Assembly (NCBI GenBank): GCA_903848795.1
Contig: CAINHC010000001.1
Span: 14,915-78,914 of the forward strand
Source: an uncultured bacterium
GTDB lineage: Bacteria; Patescibacteriota; Minisyncoccia; Phycocordibacterales; CAIZLB01
Direction: 5' to 3'
Length of the DNA stretch: 64,000 nt
Below are positions 40,250 to 49,927 of the stretch, piece after piece. The notes under the pieces are model-generated. The model worked only from the letters and a program-made list of their open reading frames with translations. It ran no database searches and had not been told where the DNA came from. Each line of letters opens with the position of its first letter. The stretch's first letter is position 1. Made by a program: the position numbers and the translations under genes.

Positions 40250-41578
40250 ATGATTAAGAAAGAACAAAACAAAACTCCGATCAATAAAATCCCCAAAGTA
40301 GCGTTTGACCCATATGATTATAAGAAGCAAACATACAGGGGTGTAGATATCTACACAAAAGCCCTTCCTTGGGCCAATTGTACTTTTTTAAAGTGGATTA
40401 TTAACCATGGAGCACAGGATGACAAGATTGGAACAGAAGGGACTGCCCATTTCTTGGAACACATCATGTTTGATGGAAATGACTTATATGGAGATAAGAA
40501 GACGATAGATTTATTTTCTAAAGAGCATTTATTGGACTCTTTAAATGCACACACTCGTTTTACCGACACTTGTTATGTCTGTAAATTCCTACCACAAAAG
40601 ACCGCCCCTGCTCTTGAAGGAATACATCGTCTAATTTTTAAACCACTAATGCGAGATGAGGATATTGAGCATGAGAGAAAGGTTATCACCCAAGAAGGCT
40701 GGGGATATTTATTAAATGAAAAATATATAGATTATCTAAAGAAGTGGAGTAAAAATTTATACAGCGACATTCCAGAAAAAAGTCGAATGTCTTCACCCTT
40801 AGGATGGATTGATACTGTTGCTAAAATAAGCAAAAAGGATCTTAAGTCGGCTCATAAGAATTACGTTAGAGAAAATTCAGCTATAATCTTGGCTGGTATT
40901 GTGAATGACAATACAATCAAGGAAATAAAGCGCATTATTGATCAGCTCCCAACAGGAAAGAAGAGAACTCCATTTAGAATACCAAGCAAAATTAATATTC
41001 CTAAAGAAAAAAGATGGGTTAAGACTTATACCGAAATTGGACGAACGGACAATAAGCAAGCCTTACTTGAGATAGACAGAATATTAGAGATCAAAAAGAC
41101 CGACGAAGATACTCTCGGCCTAATCGAAACTGTTTTAAGAGAAGTTCTGTTTAGACGACTACGACACGATAACAGTTGGTGTTATGGAGTTGGAGTTAAC
41201 TTTTTCAGAAATCCAAAATATGTTTCTCAAAATATCTGGGTTAAGGTTGCTCCAGAAAATTTGAAAGACGCTGAAACTATAATTTGGGATACAATCGATA
41301 GATTTATTAAGGGAGAGTACAAGGAAGATTGTGAACGAGAGCGAAAAATTGTTATAGATAGGACTCTAGCTAGCGAGTTTTTAAGTGGAGACGTTGCAGA
41401 ATCAGCAGAAAGACAAATAGCTTCTGGCAAGAAAATCAAAACAATTAATGAATATTTAGAAAGTGTGGTAAAAGCAAATTATGACAAGGGAGCCAAACAC
41501 CTATCGCTTTATTTCAAAAAGGAGGATGTCTTTACTGAGATAAATATTTCTGAAGAATTTAAGGGAAAGGTTGAATAG
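40250..41578 (+). CDS. M16 family zinc peptidase
   Basis: 'GTAHFLEHIMF' HXXEH, 'NAHT', 'ERKVITQE'. Confidence 0.9.
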   Translation: MIKKEQNKTPINKIPKVAFDPYDYKKQTYRGVDIYTKALPWANCTFLKWIINHGAQDDKIGTEGTAHFLEHIMFDGNDLYGDKKTIDLFSKEHLLDSLNAHTRFTDTCYVCKFLPQKTAPALEGIHRLIFKPLMRDEDIEHERKVITQEGWGYLLNEKYIDYLKKWSKNLYSDIPEKSRMSSPLGWIDTVAKISKKDLKSAHKNYVRENSAIILAGIVNDNTIKEIKRIIDQLPTGKKRTPFRIPSKINIPKEKRWVKTYTEIGRTDNKQALLEIDRILEIKKTDEDTLGLIETVLREVLFRRLRHDNSWCYGVGVNFFRNPKYVSQNIWVKVAPENLKDAETIIWDTIDRFIKGEYKEDCERERKIVIDRTLASEFLSGDVAESAERQIASGKKIKTINEYLESVVKANYDKGAKHLSLYFKKEDVFTEINISEEFKGKVE

Positions 41579-41649
41579 TAGAATATAGACATATGGCCAA
41601 GCTAGAACGGTAGTTGACAATGTAATGACAATTGCATTATACTTCTGAC

Positions 41650-41928
41650 ATGAGTATTCAAACAACTATACAAATAAGAATTGAAGAAGACCTAAAAGAA
41701 AAAGCATCTGACGTACTTAAGAATATCGGACTGGATCTTTCTTCTGGAATCAAACTCTTTCTAAAAGAGGTTGTTACTAGTGAGTCTGTCCCCTTTATCC
41801 CCTCAACGGCAAAAGGTAAGAAACTTCTGAATTATGAGATGCTCAAACAGGAGATTGCTGAAGCAAAGAAGAAAGGTAAGGGGTTTGCAACAAGTGAAGA
41901 AATGTTGGATGACATCTTAAGGAAGTAA
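41650..41928 (+). CDS. RelB/DinJ antitoxin
   Basis: 'IQIRIEEDLKEKA...GLDLSSGIKLFL...VPF'; start ATG 41650. Confidence 0.9.
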   Translation: MSIQTTIQIRIEEDLKEKASDVLKNIGLDLSSGIKLFLKEVVTSESVPFIPSTAKGKKLLNYEMLKQEIAEAKKKGKGFATSEEMLDDILRK

Positions 41929-41982
41929 AAATTTATATTTTCTTTGGCATTTCTTCAGGGTACAAATGATATCCTATGCATT

Positions 41983-42261
41983 ATGTATAGAATATTTTAT
42001 ACCAACAATTTTAAGAAACAATTGGCAAAAGTCTTGTCATCTGGAAGATATACGGAATCTGAGGTTAATGATGTTATTAATACATTGGCCATGGGAAAGA
42101 TGCTAGATGTGAGGTTTAAGAATCATAAATTAAGTGGTGAATATACTGGTTTTTATGAATGTCATATTCGCCCAGATCTACTGCTGATTTACGAAAAAGA
42201 CAATATTAACATGATATTAACAGCAATATCTATTGGTAGTCACTCGGAATTATTTGGCTAA
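41983..42261 (+). CDS. YafQ-family mRNA interferase toxin
   Basis: 'NHKLSGEY...ECHIRPDLLLIY...IGSHSELF'; start ATG 41983. Confidence 0.92.
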   Translation: MYRIFYTNNFKKQLAKVLSSGRYTESEVNDVINTLAMGKMLDVRFKNHKLSGEYTGFYECHIRPDLLLIYEKDNINMILTAISIGSHSELFG

Positions 42262-42632
42262 AAGCCTCCGTCTAAATACTCCTTAATTCTTGATTTGTCT
42301 TCATTCTCTGATTCACCCTTAAAGTATATTTCGATAAAATCCACCGTATTATTCACAACATGGTAAGCATAAATAATACGAATACCGCTTTGTACACCAA
42401 AACCCTTAAGAGCTTTGCATGCAAATTTCCTAATCTTACAAACCTTCAGTTCATTGGTGCAAAAACTTGGAATTAGTTCGACTGAGTTATTATCTATTTT
42501 TTGCAAATGAAATAACTCGATTGCGTTCTTTTTAACAACTTCAATATCACCCTCAAGCGTTCTAAATTTCTTGAGCAATCTTTTCAAATCTTTATCAAAA
42601 ACTGGTGTATTTTTATAAGTTATCAAGTTCAT
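42258..42632 (-). CDS. RelE/ParE-like toxin
   Basis: 'FDKDLKRLLKKFRTL...KIR...SGIRIIY...IEIYFK'; start refined to 42632. Confidence 0.75.
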   Translation of the reverse strand: MNLITYKNTPVFDKDLKRLLKKFRTLEGDIEVVKKNAIELFHLQKIDNNSVELIPSFCTNELKVCKIRKFACKALKGFGVQSGIRIIYAYHVVNNTVDFIEIYFKGESENEDKSRIKEYLDGGF

Positions 42633-43401
42633 ATTCTCTAACGGAAGTATTCTTTGTACGATAAAACACTGACTCATAGGATAAAGGTTGACCATATAGA
42701 GCGGTAATCCACGGAACATCCTCATGGGAATAATTACTCAGTTCAACTGCGGATTTATCTGAAAGACGAGAAATAACCTCATCAATATGCTTTATTTCAT
42801 TGGCATTTAATACAGAGATGTCGGACGCTCTTCGTGGTAAATACTTTGTTTGTTCATGTAGAAAGTACTTACTCTTGACTGTCTCAAGCTCCCCCTTGGA
42901 CTCCATCAATTTTACAATTTCCTTAAACTCTACTGGAGTTGGTCCAAAATGGTTCTTAATATATGTTGCTCCAATTAGCTGTTCTTCAAATTTTTCATAA
43001 TAGTCAAAATCAATAAAATAAAGGAGTTTATACAAAACAGTCATTCCCACATTGGACTTACTTCCAACTTTTTCTAGGACATACAGAAGCACCTCTTTAA
43101 ACTTCTTTAGATTTTTTTGCGGTACATCAATACGAATTTCTTGTTTTTCTTTCTTCTTGGATTCATTTGATTCATCAGATATATATACCTTAACATCTGA
43201 AGTTTTTTTACCAGAAATAAGATCTTCTAGAGAAATATTAAAAATCTCAGCGATCTTACTCGCCTCTCCGACGGTTAGCTCTTTTGCCCCTTTTTCGACC
43301 TCTATATAACTTGCTCTTGAAATACCAATTTTTTCAGCAACAAAAGCCTGAGAGACGCCTTGGTTGTTTCTAAGTTCTATTAAAAATTTGCCTTTAATCA
43401 T
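42613..43401 (-). CDS. HTH_XRE + Panacea (DUF4065/SocA) antitoxin
   Basis: N-terminal XRE HTH; 'LYKLLYFIDF...GATYIKNHFGP...SHEDVPW'. Confidence 0.85.
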   Translation of the reverse strand: MIKGKFLIELRNNQGVSQAFVAEKIGISRASYIEVEKGAKELTVGEASKIAEIFNISLEDLISGKKTSDVKVYISDESNESKKKEKQEIRIDVPQKNLKKFKEVLLYVLEKVGSKSNVGMTVLYKLLYFIDFDYYEKFEEQLIGATYIKNHFGPTPVEFKEIVKLMESKGELETVKSKYFLHEQTKYLPRRASDISVLNANEIKHIDEVISRLSDKSAVELSNYSHEDVPWITALYGQPLSYESVFYRTKNTSVREYELDNL

Positions 43402-43489
43402 GACTACATTATATACCCATTATGAATGATGTCAATATAATATACATGCTCATTGTACATAAAACTTACAATCGTAAATATATTCCAAG

Positions 43490-43572
43490 TGCGCGAGAGA
43501 GGATTTGAACCTCCACGCCCTTACGGGCACTACCACCTCAAGGTAGCGAGTCTACCGTTTCTCCACCCGCGC
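43490..43572 (-). tRNA. tRNA-Leu(GAG)
   Basis: Cloverleaf with long variable arm; CTACC-TTGAGGT-GGTAG; T-loop TTCAAAT. Confidence 0.93.
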
Positions 43573-43663
43573 ATGGGTATATTATGCATAAAAGCCAACA
43601 ACAAAACAAGATCACTTGAGTGGTCTTGTTTTGTGTTTATCGATAGTGAATGATTTATTTAAA

Positions 43664-44176
43664 TTATTCTGTAGCTGTAGCCTCCTCTGCTGTTGCCTCT
43701 ACTGCCTCTACTACTTCCACCTCAGGCTCTAGCACGGCTGTTGCAGCTTCCTCTGCTTCTAGTCTTGCAGCTTCTGCTTTAGTTAGATGAGATGAATCAC
43801 GCTTTGTCATTTCCATCTTCATTCTCTTACTAATTTCCTTAGCCGCTTTGTCTCTAATGTAGTAAAGCTTAGCACGACGAACCTTGGCACGCTTTGTAAC
43901 TTCTATTTTATCAATATTAGGTGAGAACAACGGGAAGATTCTTTCTACTCCATAGCCTCCTGAAACCTTTCTAACGGTAAAAGTACCTCCAGCTTCACTT
44001 CCATGCTTTCTAGCAAGAACAAGACCCTCAAAAACCTGAAGACGAGTCTTGCCTTTTTCTTGAATTTTTTGATACACCTTAACCGTATCGCCTACGCGCA
44101 TATCAAAATCCTTTCTAGTAGCATCTGTTTTAGCCACCTTAACCTCCTTTTTAACTGTTTTTATAGCTGCTGTCAT
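43664..44176 (-). CDS. rplS: 50S ribosomal protein L19
   Basis: 'GDTVKV...RLQVFEG...[14 protein letters not shown]...KVRRAKLYY'; start refined to 44176. Confidence 0.97.
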   Translation of the reverse strand: MTAAIKTVKKEVKVAKTDATRKDFDMRVGDTVKVYQKIQEKGKTRLQVFEGLVLARKHGSEAGGTFTVRKVSGGYGVERIFPLFSPNIDKIEVTKRAKVRRAKLYYIRDKAAKEISKRMKMEMTKRDSSHLTKAEAARLEAEEAATAVLEPEVEVVEAVEATAEEATATE

Positions 44177-44223
44177 AGGGAGCAATATAGCAGAGATGCT
44201 GGGTTTTTGCAAATACGACGCGA

Positions 44224-44319
44224 CCGCCTCTCAGCCCACCCAAGAGCACGCCAATTCTCTGCTGAGAATTGGCTCTGCTCACTGCAGTTCGCAAGTCTCT
44301 TGGGTGGGCTGAGAGGCGG
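44224..44319. repeat. Palindromic element: 23-bp perfect arms around a conserved core
   Basis: Arms 44224-44246 and 44297-44319; core shared with 46681-46794. Confidence 0.75.
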
Positions 44320-44356
44320 CCTTGCTGTTGTGGTAAAACGAGCATTTAATACAAAA

Positions 44357-45499
44357 TCAGACGACAATTCTTTTGATTAAGGGGTTGATTCTGGTGACAA
44401 GCTCATAAATGGACATATTTGCCAAATTAGCCATATTTACCAAGCTATTTTTGAAATTATCATCCAGACCAACTATTTCAACCTCATCACCAACCTTTAT
44501 ATCTGAAACCCTTGTAGCATCCACCATTATTATGTCCATACAAACGTTGCCCAACACCTTACAAGCCATGCCTCTTACATAAACATAGCCAATTCTAGAA
44601 AGAGCACGAGGAAAACCGTGCCAATAACCTATTGGTAAAATAGCTATCTTGGTATCTTTATTTAGTCTTTCAGATAAATCATAACCGACCCCCTCTCCCT
44701 TTTTGACATCCTTAATCTCTGCAACAATTGTTTTCCACGCCAGTACTGGCTTTAGCTTTAAGCTCTTAGATTTATATTTCCTTGCTTCTGTAGACGGCCA
44801 CAAGCCATACATTCCAATGCCAACCCTAATCATGTCGAAATGGGCAGTTTTATAAATCAAACCGCCACCAGTTGCAGATGCATGTCTGATTGGTGTTATA
44901 TTAAATTGACTCGACAAAAAATCAGCCCATTCTGTAAATTCAGCTATCTGCTTGTTGGTGTGAACCTTATCGTTTGGATCTTTTGCAGATGAAAAATGGG
45001 TAAAAATACCCTCAATCTCAACCTTAGACAAAATATTCCTAAGAGTGGAAGACACCTCGGGTATTTGGTTCACGCTGAAACCATGCCGATGCATCCCAGT
45101 ATCCACCTTTAAATGAATCTTTAGTTTTTTGCTAAATTTAGTATTTTGAATTTCTTTAATAGTTTCAAAGGAAGACGCAGCTACACTCAAATCGTTCTCC
45201 TCTGCCACCGCCAACATCTCTGGTAAGACATATCCAAGAACAAGAATCGGTTTCTTAACCCCCTCTTTTCTCAAAGCAACACCTTCAACAACGGAATCTA
45301 CACCAAACCAATCAAGATCTTTATTATTCTTTACAATATTCGCAAAATCCCAAAGACCGTGTCCATAGGCATTAGATTTAACAACGGACATTATTTTGAC
45401 ATTATTGCCAACCAAATCACGAAATGATTTCAAATTATTTAATACTGAATTTTTGTCTATTTCAATCCAAGTTCGAAGTCCCTTAGTTTTACTTTTCAT
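44357..45499 (-). CDS. alr: Alanine racemase
   Basis: 'VVKSNAYGHG', 'KVDTGMHR', 'RVGIGMYG', 'GNVCMD'. Confidence 0.96.
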   Translation of the reverse strand: MKSKTKGLRTWIEIDKNSVLNNLKSFRDLVGNNVKIMSVVKSNAYGHGLWDFANIVKNNKDLDWFGVDSVVEGVALRKEGVKKPILVLGYVLPEMLAVAEENDLSVAASSFETIKEIQNTKFSKKLKIHLKVDTGMHRHGFSVNQIPEVSSTLRNILSKVEIEGIFTHFSSAKDPNDKVHTNKQIAEFTEWADFLSSQFNITPIRHASATGGGLIYKTAHFDMIRVGIGMYGLWPSTEARKYKSKSLKLKPVLAWKTIVAEIKDVKKGEGVGYDLSERLNKDTKIAILPIGYWHGFPRALSRIGYVYVRGMACKVLGNVCMDIIMVDATRVSDIKVGDEVEIVGLDDNFKNSLVNMANLANMSIYELVTRINPLIKRIVV

Positions 45500-45504
45500 T
45501 ATTA

Positions 45505-46326
45505 CTATAATATCGCGTCTGTCGCTTTTTTGAAATCAGCTGGAAGTTCTACCTCGAATTCGCTCATTTCTCCGCTCACCCCACCTTCGTCACCCACTAA
45601 TGCGTTGGATGGTAAAATTAGCTTTAATTTGCGAGCATGAAGCGCTAGGCGATCAAAACCCAAAGCCTTAGGGTGATTCTCGGCATACAAACTATCGCCC
45701 ACCACAGGGTGATTTATGGCCTTAAAATGAACTCTAATCTGATGCGTTCTTCCAGTTAGTGGATGAACCTCAACAAAAGTAAACATCAAGGGTATTTTGG
45801 AATTACCTTTGCCAACCATTATTGCACCTCTCTTCATCACAGGATCTCCATCAAATCTTTTTAGCACTTTATATTCTGTCACCGCGGGACGAAGCTCACC
45901 TCGAGAAAAACGTTGGGCACTCCACTTTCTAAAGTCCCCCTTACTTCTTCCGATGTGTCTGTCTATTACACCCTCATCCTCTTTAACAAAACCCCACACA
46001 AAAGTATTGTATGTTTTTTTGATTATATGATCCTGAAATTGTTTTTTAAGTATTTCAAAAGCCTCTTGATTTCTAGCCACAACCATAACGCCCGAGGTTT
46101 CTTTATCTAGCCTATGAACAACACCTGGTCTTCTTAAAATTGTAGGTTCTTTGTTTGGACCCCTGCCGATTGTCATAGGCTCACCCACATCCTTAGTCTC
46201 TGGAAATTCTTCTTCAATAAAATCACATAAGGTTTTTTCCTTTGTTTTACCATCGCCGTGAACCATAATGCCGGCGGGTTTATTTATGATCAAAACGTCC
46301 TTATCTTGGTATATTATTGATAACAT
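45505..46326 (-). CDS. RluA/RluD-family pseudouridine synthase
   Basis: 'INKPAG', 'VHRLDKETSG', 'TGRTHQIRVH'; start probably 46326 (ORF open to 46386). Confidence 0.93.
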   Translation of the reverse strand: MLSIIYQDKDVLIINKPAGIMVHGDGKTKEKTLCDFIEEEFPETKDVGEPMTIGRGPNKEPTILRRPGVVHRLDKETSGVMVVARNQEAFEILKKQFQDHIIKKTYNTFVWGFVKEDEGVIDRHIGRSKGDFRKWSAQRFSRGELRPAVTEYKVLKRFDGDPVMKRGAIMVGKGNSKIPLMFTFVEVHPLTGRTHQIRVHFKAINHPVVGDSLYAENHPKALGFDRLALHARKLKLILPSNALVGDEGGVSGEMSEFEVELPADFKKATDAIL

Positions 46327-46390
46327 TACCGTTATCATACTCGATATTGATATTATTTCAATAATAGTATATATTATGGGAACCAAATGA

Positions 46391-46463
46391 GGGCGATTAG
46401 CTCAGTTGGTAGAGCAACTCATTTACACTGAGAAGGTCAGGGGTTCGAGTCCCTTATCGCCCA
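46391..46463 (+). tRNA. tRNA-Val(TAC)
   Basis: Acceptor GGGCGAT/ATCGCCC, anticodon loop TTTACAC, T-loop TTCGAGT. Confidence 0.95.
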
Positions 46464-46673
46464 CAAAACAAAAATAACAGGAATTTATTCCTGTTATTTT
46501 TCGTTTGTGTTGGGGCGATAGGAGGTGCCTTGAGTCACCTCCGCAAGGGACGAGAAAAGCTTTGCTATATTTTCGAGAATCTGAAAGATTCGAGAAAATT
46601 GCAAAGGTGTACTGGGGCTGCGATTCAGCAGAATCGCCTACTGGGTAAGCCCCGAGTCCCTTATCGCCCACAA
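46464..46673 (+). repeat. tRNA-3'-linked structured element (Val copy) ending in a 21-bp duplication of the tRNA 3' end
   Basis: 46446-46466 = 46653-46673 (CGAGTCCCTTATCGCCCACAA); internal antisense GGGCGATA and AAGGGAC; nested hairpins. Confidence 0.8.
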
Positions 46674-46680
46674 TTCACTC

Positions 46681-46794
46681 AAAACTCCGCTTCTATTGAA
46701 TGCACACCAATTTTCTGCTGAAAATTCGATTTCCGTCGACAGGAAATCGCCCGCTCGTTGCAACTCGCAAGGCATTCAATAGAAGCGGAGTTTT
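46681..46794. repeat. Palindromic element: 23-bp perfect arms around a conserved core
   Basis: Arms 46681-46703 and 46772-46794; core shared with 44224-44319. Confidence 0.75.
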
Positions 46795-46949
46795 TCGTTC
46801 ATGGGTATTTTGTAAAAAAATTCGATGATTGGAATTATTTTATCACCCTGCTTTCGCTTTTGAAGCCGAACACTTATCTTATTTTATAAGTAAAAAACTT
46901 CCAAAAAAATCCTCCGCCACAAAAGATAATATCCTTATCCAATGAACGA

Positions 46950-47118
46950 ATTTGTGCTCTCGGTAGGAATCTTCCCCTACGGGGACGGTACAGGTTTCGT
47001 ATTGTGCTCGCTATGCTTCGCACAATATACTCAACCTTTTCGATTCCTACACGCAAGCCGATCAATCGGCTTGCTCTCGAGCCCAAAATTAAAACGCCTT
47101 TCGGCGTTTTAATATTTG
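46950..47118 (-). repeat. tRNA-3'-linked structured element (Arg-TCT copy) ending in a 22-bp duplication of the tRNA 3' end
   Basis: 46950-46971 = 47114-47135; core nearly identical to the element after tRNA-Arg(GCG). Confidence 0.85.
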
Positions 47119-47190
47119 TGCTCTCGGTAGGAATCGAACCTACATTAACGGCTTAGAAGTCCGCAGTTCTATCCATTGAACTACAAGAGC
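47119..47190 (-). tRNA. tRNA-Arg(TCT)
   Basis: Acceptor GCTCTTG/CGAGAGC, anticodon loop CTTCTAA, T-arm GTAGG-TTCGATT-CCTAC. Confidence 0.92.
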
Positions 47191-47213
47191 ATGCATGTAC
47201 AATAGCATATTTT

Positions 47214-47621
47214 TTAAATTTTACCAGCCCCAGACACCACCCCCGCTCCAGCAGGGCTGGTCGCTGTATTGTTGGTGGTTGATGCATTCGTTGTAGTTGC
47301 CACCACGCCAACCTTAGCACCTGCCGTGGTCGCAGTAGCGACCGTCATCCCCGCCCAAGATGCCTCCTTGCCTTGATACTTCTCAATCACGCTTTTAATC
47401 TCCGCTTCCTTGTCCTTAACTGGAACAAAATCTGTCGCCTCGCCAGAATCAGACATTAAAGATGTCTGAACAGAAAAATAGAAAAAATAACTCCAAATAA
47501 AAACTCCAAGAATAATAGAAAAAGCTACAACCATAATTCTTTGCCAATCTTGGACTGGTCGACTGCCGAATATATACATATTCCTTAATTTATTTCCAAA
47601 TTGTCCTAGTTCTATATTCAT
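47214..47621 (-). CDS. Small membrane protein at end of PilMNO-like operon
   Basis: One TM helix after 'DW', Thr/Ala-rich tail; operon context. Confidence 0.65.
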   Translation of the reverse strand: MNIELGQFGNKLRNMYIFGSRPVQDWQRIMVVAFSIILGVFIWSYFFYFSVQTSLMSDSGEATDFVPVKDKEAEIKSVIEKYQGKEASWAGMTVATATTAGAKVGVVATTTNASTTNNTATSPAGAGVVSGAGKI

Positions 47622-47622
47622 A

Positions 47623-48168
47623 TTATTTTTCTTTGACTACTAATATTTGTAAATCTAACTGCCCTGAACTTGTTGCAACCTGCAACCCACCAGTCTTTGT
47701 AGTCGAATAATTTTTTATCTTTATATTAAAAGGCAGAGACTCGACCTTATCCACAAAATTTGAGACCGACCCCCCCGTACCAGAAACACTTTCCTTTATA
47801 CTTAAATATTCCTTATCTACTTTAGATAAATTATCATCTTGAACAATCTCAATGGCGTTTGTACTGAATGTTAAGCTATTTAATACCGCCAAATCTTCTA
47901 TCGTCTGAACAAATTTTATTGAACCCTCATTATCGACCGGGACAATATATTTCATCAAATCTGCATTTCTCGCGTCTGCATTCTGAGCAACCCTCTTGAT
48001 AGAATTCAAACTGTCCTCCTCCTTTTTTAGATCATTTGATTTCTTATAAATACTGACCAAGTCTCCTCCCATATTTCCAACATAAACCACGGCAAAAAAA
48101 TATCCAGAGATAGATACTAGCGCAAGTATTATTGATATTATTAATGTGTAGTAAGTTTTTTTAATCAT
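47623..48168 (-). CDS. PilO-like protein
   Basis: N-terminal TM, coiled coil, 'FVDKVESLPF'; follows PilM/PilN-like genes. Confidence 0.65.
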   Translation of the reverse strand: MIKKTYYTLIISIILALVSISGYFFAVVYVGNMGGDLVSIYKKSNDLKKEEDSLNSIKRVAQNADARNADLMKYIVPVDNEGSIKFVQTIEDLAVLNSLTFSTNAIEIVQDDNLSKVDKEYLSIKESVSGTGGSVSNFVDKVESLPFNIKIKNYSTTKTGGLQVATSSGQLDLQILVVKEK

Positions 48169-48170
48169 TT

Positions 48171-48722
48171 CTATTTTTTAATAGGCTTAATTAAATTAAA
48201 ATTAAAGGAAAAGCTCAAGTCCTTCTTTCTGGTAAAACTGGTGATTGGTATATTGATACTTGTGAATTCTGGGTTTGAGTTAATCTTTTTTTGTAATTCA
48301 ATTAACTTATCTCTATCTGGAGCCACACCACTTATACTAATCGAAGCGCTATTATCATCAATTAATCCATAAGTGTATCTATCTATATAAGCTCCATCTG
48401 GTAAACTGTTCAAAATTTTATTATATGCTTCCTTGGGAGATAAAATGTTTATTGAATTTTTAAGTGCTTCCAAACTTGAATTTACTAACTTAATTTTATC
48501 TTGAAAATTTTGGTCTCTTAGTGACTGCAAAGACTTCTCTTTGTTTTGATTTTCACTTTTAACTATATTTACCCTACCAGCCGCATATAAATAACTAGGC
48601 AAAAGACACGCCATTCCAACCATTGAGATAAAAAAGACAATCCAACAAACCACTATTACAAGCCTCATTTTGTACTCTTTTATGACCTTTTTCTTTTGTA
48701 ATTCTGGTAGTAGGTGTAACAT
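48171..48722 (-). CDS. PilN-like protein
   Basis: 'MLHLLP' start, TM, 'ISISGVAPDRDKL'. Confidence 0.75.
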   Translation of the reverse strand: MLHLLPELQKKKVIKEYKMRLVIVVCWIVFFISMVGMACLLPSYLYAAGRVNIVKSENQNKEKSLQSLRDQNFQDKIKLVNSSLEALKNSINILSPKEAYNKILNSLPDGAYIDRYTYGLIDDNSASISISGVAPDRDKLIELQKKINSNPEFTSINIPITSFTRKKDLSFSFNFNLIKPIKK

Positions 48723-48726
48723 CTTT

Positions 48727-49848
48727 TTATTGATCTTTTAATAAAGCAAGTCCAAAAGCAGTACCATATCCCAAGGATTCTCGCATGGAAATTTCTGGTA
48801 TCTCATTCTCAAACGATAGAATATTTGTCCAAACATTCGCAACCTCAACTGGAGTCTTTAGTGATATCGCAAGGAAGTCTCTAAACCCGATAACACCAGC
48901 CTCCTTACCAGCTATTAGTATCTTCTTAACTCCAGCAGAGGAATTACCCTTAGTTGGTAATCCTGAAACTATATCAATATTACTTTTAAAATTATTTATA
49001 CTATTCCAGTAAATAAACACCTTTCTGATTTCCTCAACCAACAAATTTGCTGTCGACATTAATGCATTAGAAACGACCTCATTACTAGCATCCCGTGAAA
49101 AACCTTTTTCAAACTTTATTGAAGTAGCAGAATCTTCATCAAGAGATGCTCCTTTCATAATTGCATTGGTAAAATCCTCCGACCCAATAGAAATTGTTGA
49201 TGTAAACTGAACCGCCTCATCATTAACAACAGAAAGAACTGTACTCTTATGGCTAATGTTAACAATGAAATAATTTTCTCTGTCACCTTTTTTTATAATA
49301 GCTCGGGACAATGCCTGGTTTTCAATCAAGAAGGAAATTGGAAACATTCCGCAAGATTCGAATAGCTCAATATATTCATTTATAACAACGGTGGGCACTA
49401 CAGACACAGCAAGAAATTGCATGCCTGTACTCTCATTTTTCTTTATTCTATGATAATCAAAAATTGCATCATCTATCGATATCGGAACATTCTCTTCGAG
49501 ATGCATCTCAATTCTGTTTCTGATTTCTTCCTTTGTTCCATCAACCACCTCAATAGTAAACAAATAGGCCTTTTCTTCTGGAATCGATATTTCTACAAAC
49601 TTTAATTTATATTTCTTCTGAATCTTTTTTAGAATATCTATAAGGTTTTTATTAGATAACAGAGATTCGTTTGGTAACATTGGTGAATCCAGCTTCTCCT
49701 CGGCGCAACACCTTAATTTTAGACCCTTAGCAGTTCTAATAATTTCAGCCATATGAACAGCAGAAGAGCTGATATCAAAACCAGCGTGGGACATTTCTAG
49801 ATAGTGAGATGTTGGAAAATATTTATTTAGTGTATCTAGGTACGACAT
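48727..49848 (-). CDS. pilM: Type IV pilus assembly protein PilM
   Basis: 'GFDISSSAV', actin-like fold, C-terminal 'YGTAFGLAL'. Confidence 0.85.
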   Translation of the reverse strand: MSYLDTLNKYFPTSHYLEMSHAGFDISSSAVHMAEIIRTAKGLKLRCCAEEKLDSPMLPNESLLSNKNLIDILKKIQKKYKLKFVEISIPEEKAYLFTIEVVDGTKEEIRNRIEMHLEENVPISIDDAIFDYHRIKKNESTGMQFLAVSVVPTVVINEYIELFESCGMFPISFLIENQALSRAIIKKGDRENYFIVNISHKSTVLSVVNDEAVQFTSTISIGSEDFTNAIMKGASLDEDSATSIKFEKGFSRDASNEVVSNALMSTANLLVEEIRKVFIYWNSINNFKSNIDIVSGLPTKGNSSAGVKKILIAGKEAGVIGFRDFLAISLKTPVEVANVWTNILSFENEIPEISMRESLGYGTAFGLALLKDQ

Positions 49849-49927
49849 GTACTACTATTCTATCATAACAAAAAGATTTTGTTATAATTATTTTGCAACT
49901 TTTTTAAGCTTTTATTTTTAGTTATGA

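Noticed and set aside
44003-44380. ORFs 44003-44380, 44151-44345 and 44173-44367
   Set aside because: Created by the GC-rich palindrome and overlap with rplS or alr
46423-47086. ORFs 46423-46671, 46530-46721 and 46874-47086
   Set aside because: Shadow frames over tRNA-Val and the structured elements; no protein motifs
46446-47135. Prophage or genomic island bounded by tRNA att duplications
   Set aside because: Duplications are only about 165-210 bp apart with no integrase or cargo; reported instead as mini-elements
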